A stretch of DNA of 64,000 bases from Thermoanaerobaculia bacterium (GTDB taxonomy: Bacteria; Acidobacteriota; Thermoanaerobaculia; Multivoradales; Multivoraceae). The stretch spans positions 1,952,001 through 2,016,000 of the forward strand of contig OY761158.1 of NCBI GenBank assembly GCA_963664405.1. Direction: 5' to 3'. Shown one piece after another: positions 20,252-30,489 of the stretch. The translations under genes and the position numbers were made by a program. Under the pieces are notes generated by a model. It worked only from the letters and a program-made list of their open reading frames with translations, was not told the DNA's origin and ran no database searches. How positions within the stretch are numbered: position 1 is the stretch's first letter; each line of letters begins with the position of its first letter.

Positions 20252-20836
20252 GTGAGAGATTCCAGCCCCCAGCAGGTCACCCTAATTCTGGAAGCGATCA
20301 ACGCGGGGGACGCAGCCGCAGAGGATCAACTGCTGCCCCTGGTTTACGACGAGCTGCGCAAGATCGCACGATCGCGGATGGCGCGGGAGCGGCCAGGGCA
20401 GACTCTTCAGCCCACCGCCCTGGTGCACGAGGCCTATCTTCGCCTCTTCGGAGGCGAGAAGCCCAGCTGGGAGAGTCGAGCTCACTTCTTCGGCGCCGCC
20501 GGCGAAGCCATGCGTCGCATTCTGATCGAACGAGCACGCAAAAAGGGTCGACTGATGCGAGGCGGCGACCGGCGCCGCGTCGAGCTCGACACTTCGGCGG
20601 GAAGAACCGAGCCGCCTTCGGATGAGGTTCTGGCACTCGACGAATCGCTCAGCGAGCTCGAGTCGATCGACTCCAAGATGGCACAGGTCGTGAAGCTACG
20701 CTACTTCGCCGGTCTTACCGTGGAGGAAACAGCGAGCGCCATGGCCAGCTCGCCGCGAACGGTCCACCGGCAGTCGGTCGCCGCTCGAGCGTGGTTACAG
20801 AGTAAGCTGTACCCCAGCGATCAACAAGGTCAGTAG
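20252..20836 (+). CDS. ECF sigma factor, TIGR02999/kinase-associated type
   Basis: LLPLVYDELRKIA, TLQPTALVHEAYLRL, RAHFFGAA.EAMRRILI, VVKLRYFAGLTVEETA. Confidence 0.93.
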   Translation: MRDSSPQQVTLILEAINAGDAAAEDQLLPLVYDELRKIARSRMARERPGQTLQPTALVHEAYLRLFGGEKPSWESRAHFFGAAGEAMRRILIERARKKGRLMRGGDRRRVELDTSAGRTEPPSDEVLALDESLSELESIDSKMAQVVKLRYFAGLTVEETASAMASSPRTVHRQSVAARAWLQSKLYPSDQQGQ

Positions 20837-20843
20837 CAGCGCC

Positions 20844-23800
20844 ATGACAGAGAGATCCGATCCCCCGGGTCACTGGGGGCTAGTATGGGATCTGTTTCAC
20901 CGTGCCCTGGAAACCGGGTCCGAGGAGCGGGCCGCCTTCCTGACAGAAGCCTGTGGAGGGGACAAAGAGCTGCGATCGGAAGTCGAGAAGCTGTTGGCAG
21001 CTCATGAGCACGAGTCGCAGCTGCTTGACCTCCTGACCGAGCTCGCTCCGGAGGGGGACACCTCCAGGCCCACGGAGCTACCCGAGGTTCCCCCGGAGCA
21101 AGAGCTCGCGCCCGGCGCTGTTCTGGCGGATCGTTTCGAGATTGTCGGCCTCGTCGGCAGAGGCGGAATGGGAGCCGTCTACGAAGCTCAAGATCGTGAG
21201 CTGGGTGCGCGAGTGGCCCTAAAAACCCTGCTGGCAGCACTCTCTGGAAGCAGCGCCGCTCTGGACCGATTCCGGCGAGAGATCCAACTCGCCAAGCAGG
21301 TCACCCACCCCAATGTATGCCGGATCTACGATCTCTTTCGCGACCGTGAGGGCCTCTTCTTCCTGAGCATGGAGCTCCTGGAGGGGAAGACCCTGGCGCA
21401 GCACATCGCGGAGTCCGGCCCGCTCGATCTCGACGAAGCCCTGCCAATCGTCGAGCAGCTGGCAGCCGGGCTCGCTGCCGCCCACCAGGCCGGGGTCGTG
21501 CACCGCGATCTCAAGAGCTCGAACATCATGCTGATTCCCGAAGGCGGCGGCACACGGGCGGTGGTAACCGACTTCGGCCTGGCGCGGACAACAGGCTCAG
21601 CAGACGCCGAGACCGGACACCTCACCCGAAGCGGGGAAGTTCTCGGCACCCCGGCCTTCATGGCTCCCGAGCAACTGGAGGGAGGCGAGATCTCGCCGGC
21701 AACCGACGTCTACGCTTTCGGCGTCGTGCTCTTCGAGATGGTTACCGGGCGTCTGCCCTTCAGTGGCGTAACGCCCTATGCGGTGGTGGCGCAGCGCCTT
21801 CGGAACGAGCCACCGTCTCCCCGGGAGCACTCGCCCAATCTGGATCGGCGCTGGGAACGGGTGATCCTCCGCTGCCTGGAGTCTCGCCCCGCAGACCGAT
21901 TTCAGACTCCGGGCGCAATCGTTGCCGCGCTGCTTGGGGCCAAGGCCACCACTATCCCCTCCGATCGACGGCGCTTGGCCCGCCGCTCGGCTGTCGCAGC
22001 GATGGGTATGGCCGTTGTCTTCGGCGGGTTCTTCCTACTCCGTGGAGACGCAGACTCCGACGCTGCCGCCTCGGCCGAGGCCGACCAGGACTCCAGCGCG
22101 GCCCTTCCTTTCGCTGAGCGCGACGCGGTGCTGATCACCGCCTTCGAGAACAGGACCGGCGACGAGATCTTCGACGGCACTCTGGAAGGTGCACTGGCCC
22201 GACAGCTCGCCAACTCGACATTCGTCACCGTGGCGACCCTGCCGCGGATCCGCGACACCCTGGCCCTGATGGGCCTACCCGACAACGCCGAGGTCGATAC
22301 CTCTACCGGACGCGAGATCGCTCTGCGCGATGGCGGCATCCGCGCCTTGATCGGCGGCCGGATCGAGAAGCTCGGGCAAACATGGGTGCTGAGCGCCGAC
22401 TTGATCGACGCAAGCGATGGTCGGGTGGTGGCGAGTCTCGAGGAAGAGGCGCCGCACATGGAGGAGGTTCTCGGTGCAATTCGTCGTCTCGCCAGCGGAA
22501 TGAGAGAGCTCCTCGGCGAAGAGATCGACGAGATTCGCGAAAGCGAAGAAGAGCTGGCAAGGGTCGCCACGCCGTCTCTCAGGGCCCTACGCCTCTATAC
22601 CGAGGCCGACGCGCTCGTCGCCCGCATCGACAACGCCGCCTCAGAAGAGCTTCTTCGCCAGGCCATTGAGCTGGATCCGGACTTTGCATCGGCTCACATT
22701 TTGCTCGCCTATGCCATTGGCAACCAGGGTCGCCCCCAAGAAGAGCTCTTTCCGCATGCGGAGCGGGCCTTCGAGCTCGCCGGGCAAGCACCGGAGCGGG
22801 AGCGCTACTTCATCCGTGCCAGTTATTTCCAAATGTCAGGAGAATGGGAGAAGGCGCGAGCCAACTACGAGGCCCTCTTACGCGTCGACCCCTATCACTT
22901 CTGGGGCAACAGCAACATGGCGCGCTCCTTGTCTCGAGGCCCCCGCCGCGAAGATGCGCCCGCTTACTGGGTTCGCCGGGCGCGTGGGCGACCGAACGAC
23001 CTCGACGCCAACTTCGATGCCGGCTACGCGTTGGAGATGATCGCCGAGAGCCCCGAAGCGGCCCGGCCTTACCTTCGCCGCGTCGTTGACCTCGCCGTCG
23101 ACCCCAATAGCCCGTTGCAGCAGCGCAACGGGTTCGAGATCTCCTGGGCTCGCCTACATCCGGCCCACGAGCACTGGGTTGGCAACGACGCCGAGGGAAT
23201 GCTACGAGAGCTGGATCGCGTGGCGGAGGAGCTGTCGCAGCTATCGCCTGGCCTCGAGGCGGCATTTCTGTCAGCCGTGCTGCGCTCGGGGTATCGCAGC
23301 CTCGGCTTCCGCAACCGTCCCCCGGCGCTTAGACCCATCAGCCGCACCGGGAGCTTCTGGGGCGGAATCGACGCTTATTACCGGGGCGATCTAGCGGAGG
23401 TCAAGAGACAACTCGGCGAAGCTCGAAGCCGCCTCGTCTGGGCCGGCGCCCTCATCCAGGAACCGCCCCGTATCCTCGCCCTGGTGCGTGCCGGCTTCTT
23501 AGCGGAGGCCCGGGCAGGCCTCGCCTCTTTCGAGCTCCGCGAAGAGACTTCGGTCCCCGACGGCTACCCGGCGCGCAACACCGTGACCGATGTCATGAAG
23601 GGCCATGTAGCCCTCGCCGAGGGCCGGGTGCAGGAGGCCCTAGCACTGCTGCAGAGTGCGCTCACCGCGGGGCCAGAACCGGGCGGGACCAGCTACTTTG
23701 TGGCGGCGTCGGGCCTCGCCTCGGCGTGGCTGGAGCTCGGCGAGCCCGCTCGCGCCTTGGCAGCCCTCGAAGAGTCGTCGCGGCAGAAGCGGCGCAGCCA

Positions 23801-23981
23801 TCCCTACGCCAGGGAGACCTGGATGGCCAACCAGCTCCGCCTCGCCTCTCTCTATCGCGAGCTGGGAAGAGCGAGCGACGCGCAGGGCGTCGAAGACGAG
23901 CTGCGCGCGATGCTGGCCTATGCCGATCCCGACTTCTGGCTCGTTCAGCAGCTGGCGGCGAACAGCCAACCCGCCCCCTGA
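20844..23981 (+). CDS. Hanks-type Ser/Thr kinase with transmembrane helix and extracytoplasmic TolB-N-like/TPR region
   Basis: GRGGMGAVY, VALK, HRDLKSSN, TDFGLA, GTPAFMAPE; hydrophobic segment; TPR-like helices. Confidence 0.93.
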   Translation: MTERSDPPGHWGLVWDLFHRALETGSEERAAFLTEACGGDKELRSEVEKLLAAHEHESQLLDLLTELAPEGDTSRPTELPEVPPEQELAPGAVLADRFEIVGLVGRGGMGAVYEAQDRELGARVALKTLLAALSGSSAALDRFRREIQLAKQVTHPNVCRIYDLFRDREGLFFLSMELLEGKTLAQHIAESGPLDLDEALPIVEQLAAGLAAAHQAGVVHRDLKSSNIMLIPEGGGTRAVVTDFGLARTTGSADAETGHLTRSGEVLGTPAFMAPEQLEGGEISPATDVYAFGVVLFEMVTGRLPFSGVTPYAVVAQRLRNEPPSPREHSPNLDRRWERVILRCLESRPADRFQTPGAIVAALLGAKATTIPSDRRRLARRSAVAAMGMAVVFGGFFLLRGDADSDAAASAEADQDSSAALPFAERDAVLITAFENRTGDEIFDGTLEGALARQLANSTFVTVATLPRIRDTLALMGLPDNAEVDTSTGREIALRDGGIRALIGGRIEKLGQTWVLSADLIDASDGRVVASLEEEAPHMEEVLGAIRRLASGMRELLGEEIDEIRESEEELARVATPSLRALRLYTEADALVARIDNAASEELLRQAIELDPDFASAHILLAYAIGNQGRPQEELFPHAERAFELAGQAPERERYFIRASYFQMSGEWEKARANYEALLRVDPYHFWGNSNMARSLSRGPRREDAPAYWVRRARGRPNDLDANFDAGYALEMIAESPEAARPYLRRVVDLAVDPNSPLQQRNGFEISWARLHPAHEHWVGNDAEGMLRELDRVAEELSQLSPGLEAAFLSAVLRSGYRSLGFRNRPPALRPISRTGSFWGGIDAYYRGDLAEVKRQLGEARSRLVWAGALIQEPPRILALVRAGFLAEARAGLASFELREETSVPDGYPARNTVTDVMKGHVALAEGRVQEALALLQSALTAGPEPGGTSYFVAASGLASAWLELGEPARALAALEESSRQKRRSHPYARETWMANQLRLASLYRELGRASDAQGVEDELRAMLAYADPDFWLVQQLAANSQPAP

Positions 23982-24000
23982 TCTCAAAGACGGACACGGT

Positions 24001-24954
24001 CTAGGCGTCGGGGGTGCCGTCACAATCGTTGTCGAGCCCGTCGCGGCCCCATCTGCCTTTGGAGTCCTGATGGCCCGGATAGATCCGGGAGTTGCCGTCG
24101 TCGCAGTCGTCTCCTCCCGTTGCAATCGAGCAGTGACCGTCGGCATCCGCGTCGGTGCAACCGGCACCTCCGCCGCCGCCATCGCCCCCATCGACCGTGC
24201 TCACTCTCTGTAGCCGGATCGCCATCGGTAGGTACCATCTGCCTATGACCGCGTTATCCGACGCCCGCACCACCTCGGCCTCCGAGACGTCGACTTTTCC
24301 GTCGCACGACTCGGTCTGCAACAGCCGCCAATTGTCGTCATCCGCGTGGAGAGGGTCCTGGCAGATGTAGAGAGGGTTCACATGATCGATGTCGGCCTTG
24401 GGAGTAAAGCCGCCGACCTCGTTCCACAGCTTGAAGCGGCGCAGTGTCTGACGAGTGGCGCCGGCCTTGAAGACGCGATCGGCACTGATATCGACCTGAG
24501 CAAAGCAGTCGGTCGCACAGTTGCAAGTGTCGCCCCCCAGCTCGCCTCCCAAGCTCAGCGCCGCCAGGGCTGAGCAGCCGGCCCCGCCATCGGCGGAGTC
24601 GGAGAAGTCGAATCCAATCGCCCGCATGAACGACTTCGAGAAATATCTGGTAGCGAGCTTCCAACGCCCGCCCCCCGAGACCGTGCTGAAACCGGTGGTC
24701 GAGAGAGTTGGCGTGCAGACGTCGCGGGCGTCGGCGTAGTCGAAGTCGGTGCCTTCGCAGGTGAGAGGGTCGTCGGCACTTACGCTCAGATTGGCATCGG
24801 CGCCGAAGACACCGCCACTGAGCGCGTTTGCCGCTTCGTGCAGAAAATCCACCCTCACCAGCACTGACTCCTGCTGAGCAGCCATCGGTAGGGCGCTCCA
24901 GCCCACGAGCAAACCCAAGTGGATGGCGAGCAAGATCGTTTTTCGCAACGTCAT
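24001..24954 (-). CDS. Secreted Cys-rich protein with C-terminal Asp-rich putative metal-binding motif
   Basis: Signal peptide, AGGAGG RBS; DADADGH..DDCDDGNSRIYPG..DGLDNDCDG. Confidence 0.75.
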   Translation of the reverse strand: MTLRKTILLAIHLGLLVGWSALPMAAQQESVLVRVDFLHEAANALSGGVFGADANLSVSADDPLTCEGTDFDYADARDVCTPTLSTTGFSTVSGGGRWKLATRYFSKSFMRAIGFDFSDSADGGAGCSALAALSLGGELGGDTCNCATDCFAQVDISADRVFKAGATRQTLRRFKLWNEVGGFTPKADIDHVNPLYICQDPLHADDDNWRLLQTESCDGKVDVSEAEVVRASDNAVIGRWYLPMAIRLQRVSTVDGGDGGGGGAGCTDADADGHCSIATGGDDCDDGNSRIYPGHQDSKGRWGRDGLDNDCDGTPDA

Positions 24955-25019
24955 GGAGACCTCCTTGGAAAACTAGACTTCCCTGTGAGTGGGTGAAGTC
25001 TGGTGTGCATGTCTCCTAG

Positions 25020-25046
25020 TGCGCCATCCGATCAAGAATCCTGCCA
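25020..25046 (-). promoter_or_regulatory. Putative ECF sigma promoter TGGC-N19-CGCA
   Basis: Minus strand GGTGGCAGGATTCTTGATCGGATGGCGCACTAGGAGACATGC. Confidence 0.55.
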
Positions 25047-25181
25047 CCGGAACGGCGTATTGACGTGCCGCAGTCAAATCTGGAGAGGATGACAGTCATC
25101 ATCGATGACCTGCGAGGGCTGGGACTTGACCGGCCCTCGGCCTTCGCACGACACTTTTTTCATAGCCCGAGAGGACCCGAG

Positions 25182-26688
25182 CTACTTCTGTTCAAGACAA
25201 GTCGCCCATGCATTCATGATGACGGGCGTGGCGGTGCCGTTGCCGTATCCGAGTTTCGTCGCCTGTATCTGCCAGCCACTACCTAGGGGAGATGAGCCCC
25301 AGATAACGATCGGTGTGAAGAGAGGGAGTGGCGCGGCTATCTGCCCACCGCCTCCGAGGACGGCCGTCCCGCCGGGGCACGCTACTTCGCAATAACCAAA
25401 ACCGAATGGAGCGATGCTCACCCGGCACTCTCTCCTTACACGGCTGATCGTCCCCAGACCGCTGGGGCCCGTCGCCCCTTCAGGGCCCGGCGGGCCTTGA
25501 AGACCGGAGACGCCCTGCAGGCCCTGGGGGCCCTGGGGACCTGATGGCCCGGCTTGCCCCGGTGGACCCTGCAGCCCGCGCGCGGGCCCTCGGGTCCCGA
25601 GGGTCCCACGGGCCCGGAAGGTCCCTGAAGACCGGGTGAGCCTTGAGGCCCGGAGGCTCCCGGAGGGCCGGTGGGTCCCTGCAATCCCTGCGGTCCACGC
25701 GGGGCACTGAACTCCACCCACCGGCCCGATTGGTAAGGCGGCGTCGTCAGAGGATCGACGCCGCCTCCCCGGTAAATCCACATGCTGGCCACGTCGGGGT
25801 CCGTAGTGGAGCGGTCGAATACGTAATCGTTCGGCGCATAGGGCGGGATCGGGCTTGGCTCCCATTCGCCACGATTGTCGAGCCCCGAGCCCGCTGGACC
25901 CTCCGGTCCCGACAGTCCTTGGGGTCCCGGCGGCCCAACCGCACCCAGAGTGCCCTGCAGGCCGGAGTCCCCTGCGGTCCGGGCGGGCCTTGCAGACCAC
26001 GCGTACCTTGCAGGCCGGACGTCCCCTCCGGCCCGGACGGCCCGGGCAGACCCGGCTGACCTTGTAGGCCCTGGGTCCCCTGCGGTCCAGAGGATCCGAT
26101 CGGACCGGGGGGTCCCAGCGGACCTTGCGGGCCCGGCGGTCCTCCAGCCGGGCCCTCCGGCCCCTCGGGCCCCGGCGGCCCTTGCGCACCCTCGGGTCCA
26201 GGTGGTCCCTCCAGCCCCTCTGGGCCGACAGGTCTGACCGCGCCGAGCGTGAGATCGTACTCGTCGTACCCCCTGTGCGAGGCGCTGGTCTCCACCGAGA
26301 ACAGAAAGTCGCCGGTCGGGCAGATCCCGCCGGGGCATGCAGCCACGATCTCGTAGGCCGACGCGAAGCAGACATTCAACGGACCTTGATCGCCCAGGAC
26401 CACCAAGGGCGGGTCGCCGTTGTCGAAGCCGATGCCTGCGATCAGCAAGACCTGGTCGCCAGCCATGCACGGACCGAGCGGCGAAGCCAGGCCGAGGAGG
26501 TCGGTGTGGACCTCGCTGATGAAGAGATCAACCGTGGCGGGGTTGTTGCCGCTGTTCTGGCCGGAGACGGCAGTCGGTGCAGTCAGGCCCAGCCCGACAA
26601 GCAGAGCTGCGCAGGGGATCGATACGCGAACCCTCGCCAAAATCCCTCCTGCTCGGAGAACTGCCAAAACCGCTTTCTGCGACCTCAT
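25182..26688 (-). CDS. Secreted collagen-like (Gly-X-Y) protein with Cys-rich C-terminal domain; several frameshifts
   Basis: Signal peptide, AGGAGG RBS; GPQ/GPP/GLQ triplets distributed over ORFs 25747-26688, 25436-26470 and 25182-26375; C-terminal [20 protein letters not shown]. Confidence 0.75.
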
Positions 26689-26753
26689 GGTGACCTCCTC
26701 GGATAGGGCAGACCTCCGAAAATATGAGGAGGGCTGGCGCGCATGTCTTCTAA

Positions 26754-26779
26754 TGCGCCGTCCGATGAAAAACCTGCCA
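26754..26779 (-). promoter_or_regulatory. Putative ECF sigma promoter TGGC-N18-CGCA
   Basis: Minus strand GGTGGCAGGTTTTTCATCGGACGGCGCATTAGAAGACATGC, near-copy of the 25020 region. Confidence 0.55.
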
Positions 26780-26887
26780 CCACGTCGTGCTATCGAATGA
26801 AGCTCGACTAGCCCGCCAGCGCAAAACGCTCCCCTTCGCCCGCACCCGATCTAGGCTCCTCGCCTTCGCTGGAGAATGACCGACAGC

Positions 26888-27565
26888 CTACGCCGACTGG
26901 CGGCTACCGACGAAGCACAGCAGCTGCATCTCCTCGTCGCGGCCCGACACCGCGCTTCGAGCGATCGACTGGCTCAGGCGAAGAGAAGGTAGGAGAGCCT
27001 CGTAGTCCTCCACCGTGCGGCGCCACGTGGGCGGCTTCGACCGCTTAGATCCTGTGGCCTCGAAGAGCAGCAGCAGGCAATCGTCGCTGAGCACCCGCTG
27101 GAGCTCCTCCGCAGCGGCAGTGATCGACTCATGGGGAATGTGCTGGAGCACGGTCCAGCTGACCGCCAGATCGAAGTGGAAATCGGGGTAGGGCATCTTT
27201 TGTGCCGAGGCGTGCTCGAACTTGACGCCCGGGAACCACTCTCTTGCATCCTTGAGCACGTCGGCATTGGGCTCGAGAGCGTGCGCCTCGGCGCTGTACT
27301 CGGCGATCCAAGGAGTGCGGGCGCCCCAGCCGCAGCCAAGCTCCAAAGAACGCCGGAAGCGGCGCTCACCCACCGCTTGGCGAGTGAGCAAGTAGTTGAA
27401 GTACTGGTAGGCCAGGGTGCGGGGAGGCTGATCAATGCCCCACCCGTAGCCCTGCCAGGTATAGACGCCATCCTTCTTCTGCCAGCTCTTCCTGCGACGG
27501 AGCGAGGTCAGCGTACGAGACCACAGCCGCGCAAAGGGTGCGGGGGATGGCGTAGTTGTCGGCAT
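26888..27565 (-). CDS. Class I SAM-dependent methyltransferase
   Basis: SLELGCGWG, ASAQKMPYPD..FDLAVSWTVLQHI. Confidence 0.85.
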   Translation of the reverse strand: MPTTTPSPAPFARLWSRTLTSLRRRKSWQKKDGVYTWQGYGWGIDQPPRTLAYQYFNYLLTRQAVGERRFRRSLELGCGWGARTPWIAEYSAEAHALEPNADVLKDAREWFPGVKFEHASAQKMPYPDFHFDLAVSWTVLQHIPHESITAAAEELQRVLSDDCLLLLFEATGSKRSKPPTWRRTVEDYEALLPSLRLSQSIARSAVSGRDEEMQLLCFVGSRQSA

Positions 27566-27659
27566 CTTGCGAGGCTCCTCCTCGAGCCGTTAGTCGGCGC
27601 AATACTACGCGAGACCGCCCTCAGAGTCTCGGCCACGATTCGGCCTTCATCGGAGCAGC

Positions 27660-30140
27660 CTAGATCGCGTCACAGGTCGGGAAGGCCATGGTGTCCTGGA
27701 TGGGCTGGAAGCGAGTCCCCTGATCGTTGTGGTAGGTCCTTATATCGCCGGTGAGAGTGTCCTCCACCACCAGATCGACCTCGACATTGGTCAGCCCGGC
27801 GCCGAAGATCCAGAAGTTGCGCAGCGCGTGTCCCTGGGGCAGACCGCAGCCGCCGAAGAGCGCCTTGACGACCACCTCCACATTGGTATCGTCGAAGAAC
27901 CAGAAGTAGCCGGTGTCGTCGGTGAGCGCGACGGCCTGCCCCGAGCCGGCAGAACCGCCGGCGGTCTCCCACGAGGCGGTGACCTTGAAGCGATCGTTGT
28001 TGAGACAGAGCGTGGTTGCGTCTTCGACGCAGGTACTGCTCGCGCCTCTGCCCACCAGTGAGTCGCCATCCGAGGCCGAGTCGAAACCCAGGAACCGCTT
28101 CGCCGTGTCTACCATCCGGTCGAGGAGATTTCCGACCTCTTCGGCTTCCTGCGGGATGGGCGGATAGGGCAAGTCGTAGCTCGCGACCTGTGCCTCGGGC
28201 TGGGGTAGACCCGGGGCGTCACAGGTAGGGAAGGCGGCCGTATCCTGAATCGGCAGGAACTTGGTCTTCTGGGGGTTGACGTACTCCTGGACCTCGCCGG
28301 TCTCGGTGTCGGTGACGCTCAGGAGCACTTCGACGTCGGTGAGCCCGGCGGCAAAGAGCCAGAAGTTGCGCAGCGGGTGGTTTACGTCTTGGAGACCGCA
28401 GCCGTTGTCGAGGGCCTTGACCAGCATCTCGACGTTGGCGGGGTCGAAAAACCAGAAGTAGCCAGTGTCAGAAGTGAGCTGCACGGCTCGGCCGTGGCCC
28501 TGGTCGCCATTGTTCTTGAGCCACTCCGCTTCGACCCTGAAGCGACCGTTGTTGAGGCAGAGTACGGTGTCGGAGGGCTCGCAGCTCAGAACGTTGAGGG
28601 CTTCGAGCCACTCGTTCATATCGAGGCCGACCCAGCTCGGGATGTCGAGACGGGCCTCTTGGAGCTCGAGAGAGGCGAGGAGCTCAGGTGTCGTCGCGGA
28701 GGCTTTGAGCGACGCTACGTAGTCGATGATGAGCTGGCTGTGGCCGGCAGTGACGATTCGGGTTTCGCCGCGGCCGTCGATGAGTCTGCGGAGCAACGGC
28801 TGCCATCCGAGGATCCAGTCCAGAGCAAGTTGGGGAGCGTCGGAGCTGAGCGCACTGGTATCCGCCATGTCGCCAATGAAACCGAAAAAGAGGTCGATCG
28901 CTCGCCGGCCTCCCGGCGCGTAGCGGAAGATCCGATCGCGCAATTGGTAGAGGAGGAAGGGATCGAGGGCGCCGTCCGCCTCAGGTTCGAGAGTCGAACG
29001 CCCTGCCAGATTTTGCTCTGGTGGCAGGACCGAATTCGCGACATTGCATTCGGTACCGAGGACGAAGAACTCGTAACAGCACCCCCCGAGCGCAGCCAGG
29101 GCTTCGTTGAAGGTAACGCACTTCGGGTCGGAGTGGTTGCAGTATGAAACGCCTGATCCGCCACGTGGAGCGCGGATCTCGTCCCGACCTACAATCGCAC
29201 TTTCAACATCAGGTCGGCCCGCCTCGACGCGAAGCGTTGATCGTGAGTCCGGCCAGAGCACCGCGGACGGTCCGGAGAACGAGTCGACGAAGGCCTCGTT
29301 GAAGACCTCCCAGTCGTCAGGGGTTCCCTCGTCGACCCCGACTGGGAAGTCCACGGTGCTGGAGGCTCCGGGGGCCAGGTCTCCGATATCGAGAGTGCAG
29401 AAGCTGCCCTCTCCGGGGCCCGGTTCGCATACCCAGTTGTCGGAGCTGGCGACAGCCTGATAAGTCGTTCTAATCGGCACGAACTCGCCCAGCCGAACCC
29501 CTTCCGCCAGGACGTCGCTGATGTTGGTGACCGTGATCTCGTAGGGAATGAAGGAGTCGAAGTTCCACAGGTGAAACTGCGGCTGCATCGCCTTCGTCAC
29601 CTCCAACGCAGGCTGTGGAGGAGACGGAGGAGGCGGATCGAGGCAGTTGGGGTTGTCCTCGCTGTAGAGAACGACTCGCAGATCGTCGAAGTCTGGAGAA
29701 ATATCGAATGCGGACTGTGTTGCCGGCGCGAGGAGCTCCCGCTGATAGCCGAACTCGATCGGCCCGCCCGAGGCCGAGAAGTCGGGTCGATTTCCCAGCC
29801 CGTCCCAGAAATCGTCGAAGCGCATGCAGGGCGCCTCGTGGATCTCGAAACCTCCAACGTCGCCCGTCTTGTTGACAATGTTGAAGGTCGATCGATAGAT
29901 GACCCCTCCCTGCCGTATTGCCGCGCGGGTGCTCAGCAACCCGATCGAATTTCTCCTCGCTTCGCTGTAGTCGATACCGGCGAGAGGTCCGAAGACCCCA
30001 GGGTCGTAGAAGGTACCGTCTGAGAGGATGTGGTCGATCGAGACCAGGTGGTTCTTGGCGAAGTTGCTGTCGTTGAAAGGGTTTAGCGCTGGAAAGCTGA
30101 AAGTAGTGCGGCGGAATGCGGTGCCGAACACGCTCGGCAC
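27660..30140 (-). CDS. Large extracellular protein with DUF11-like domain and two copies of the C-terminal repeated domain; 5' end apparently damaged
   Basis: LEVTK..YEITVTN..CTLDIGDLAPGAS; two LCLNN.RF.V...W..DTGYFWFFD..NVE domains; upstream in-frame TAG at 30162-30164 and a frameshifted signal-like segment near 30310-30384. Confidence 0.75.
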   Translation of the reverse strand: MPSVFGTAFRRTTFSFPALNPFNDSNFAKNHLVSIDHILSDGTFYDPGVFGPLAGIDYSEARRNSIGLLSTRAAIRQGGVIYRSTFNIVNKTGDVGGFEIHEAPCMRFDDFWDGLGNRPDFSASGGPIEFGYQRELLAPATQSAFDISPDFDDLRVVLYSEDNPNCLDPPPPSPPQPALEVTKAMQPQFHLWNFDSFIPYEITVTNISDVLAEGVRLGEFVPIRTTYQAVASSDNWVCEPGPGEGSFCTLDIGDLAPGASSTVDFPVGVDEGTPDDWEVFNEAFVDSFSGPSAVLWPDSRSTLRVEAGRPDVESAIVGRDEIRAPRGGSGVSYCNHSDPKCVTFNEALAALGGCCYEFFVLGTECNVANSVLPPEQNLAGRSTLEPEADGALDPFLLYQLRDRIFRYAPGGRRAIDLFFGFIGDMADTSALSSDAPQLALDWILGWQPLLRRLIDGRGETRIVTAGHSQLIIDYVASLKASATTPELLASLELQEARLDIPSWVGLDMNEWLEALNVLSCEPSDTVLCLNNGRFRVEAEWLKNNGDQGHGRAVQLTSDTGYFWFFDPANVEMLVKALDNGCGLQDVNHPLRNFWLFAAGLTDVEVLLSVTDTETGEVQEYVNPQKTKFLPIQDTAAFPTCDAPGLPQPEAQVASYDLPYPPIPQEAEEVGNLLDRMVDTAKRFLGFDSASDGDSLVGRGASSTCVEDATTLCLNNDRFKVTASWETAGGSAGSGQAVALTDDTGYFWFFDDTNVEVVVKALFGGCGLPQGHALRNFWIFGAGLTNVEVDLVVEDTLTGDIRTYHNDQGTRFQPIQDTMAFPTCDAI

Positions 30141-30489
30141 ACTTGGCAGCTCGCCTCCTGCCTATATCGAACCGCAGCCGCCGCTGGGCCCGTTCCTAAC
30201 ACTCACCTGACAGCTAGTGTCCCAATCTCCCATCGGAAAACTGCTGCGCTCGATGACCAAACATGTGCCGTCCTGGAAACAGTTCGCCATTGCTGGCGCG
30301 AGCGAAGCCGCTTAGAGCAAATACACATGCGGCTATTGGAGCGGTCTGGCACCGTGGCAGCAGCGCCGCAGCCTGAGAGCCCATACTTTCCTCCCGGGGT
30401 TTCAAGCATGCTATACCAGACGCGGCCCAGGTCGAGCCTGTCTGGCATGTTTCGATAGGCTTCGAGTCGTGCGGCGGCGAGGCGCGGTC

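Noticed and set aside
25020-25046. sigma54 promoter
   Set aside because: TGGCA is present but there is no TTGC at the -24/-12 spacing; the conserved partner lies 18-19 nt away
30162-30164. Pyrrolysine readthrough of TAG
   Set aside because: No pyl genes or methyltransferase context, and a nearby frameshift indicates decay
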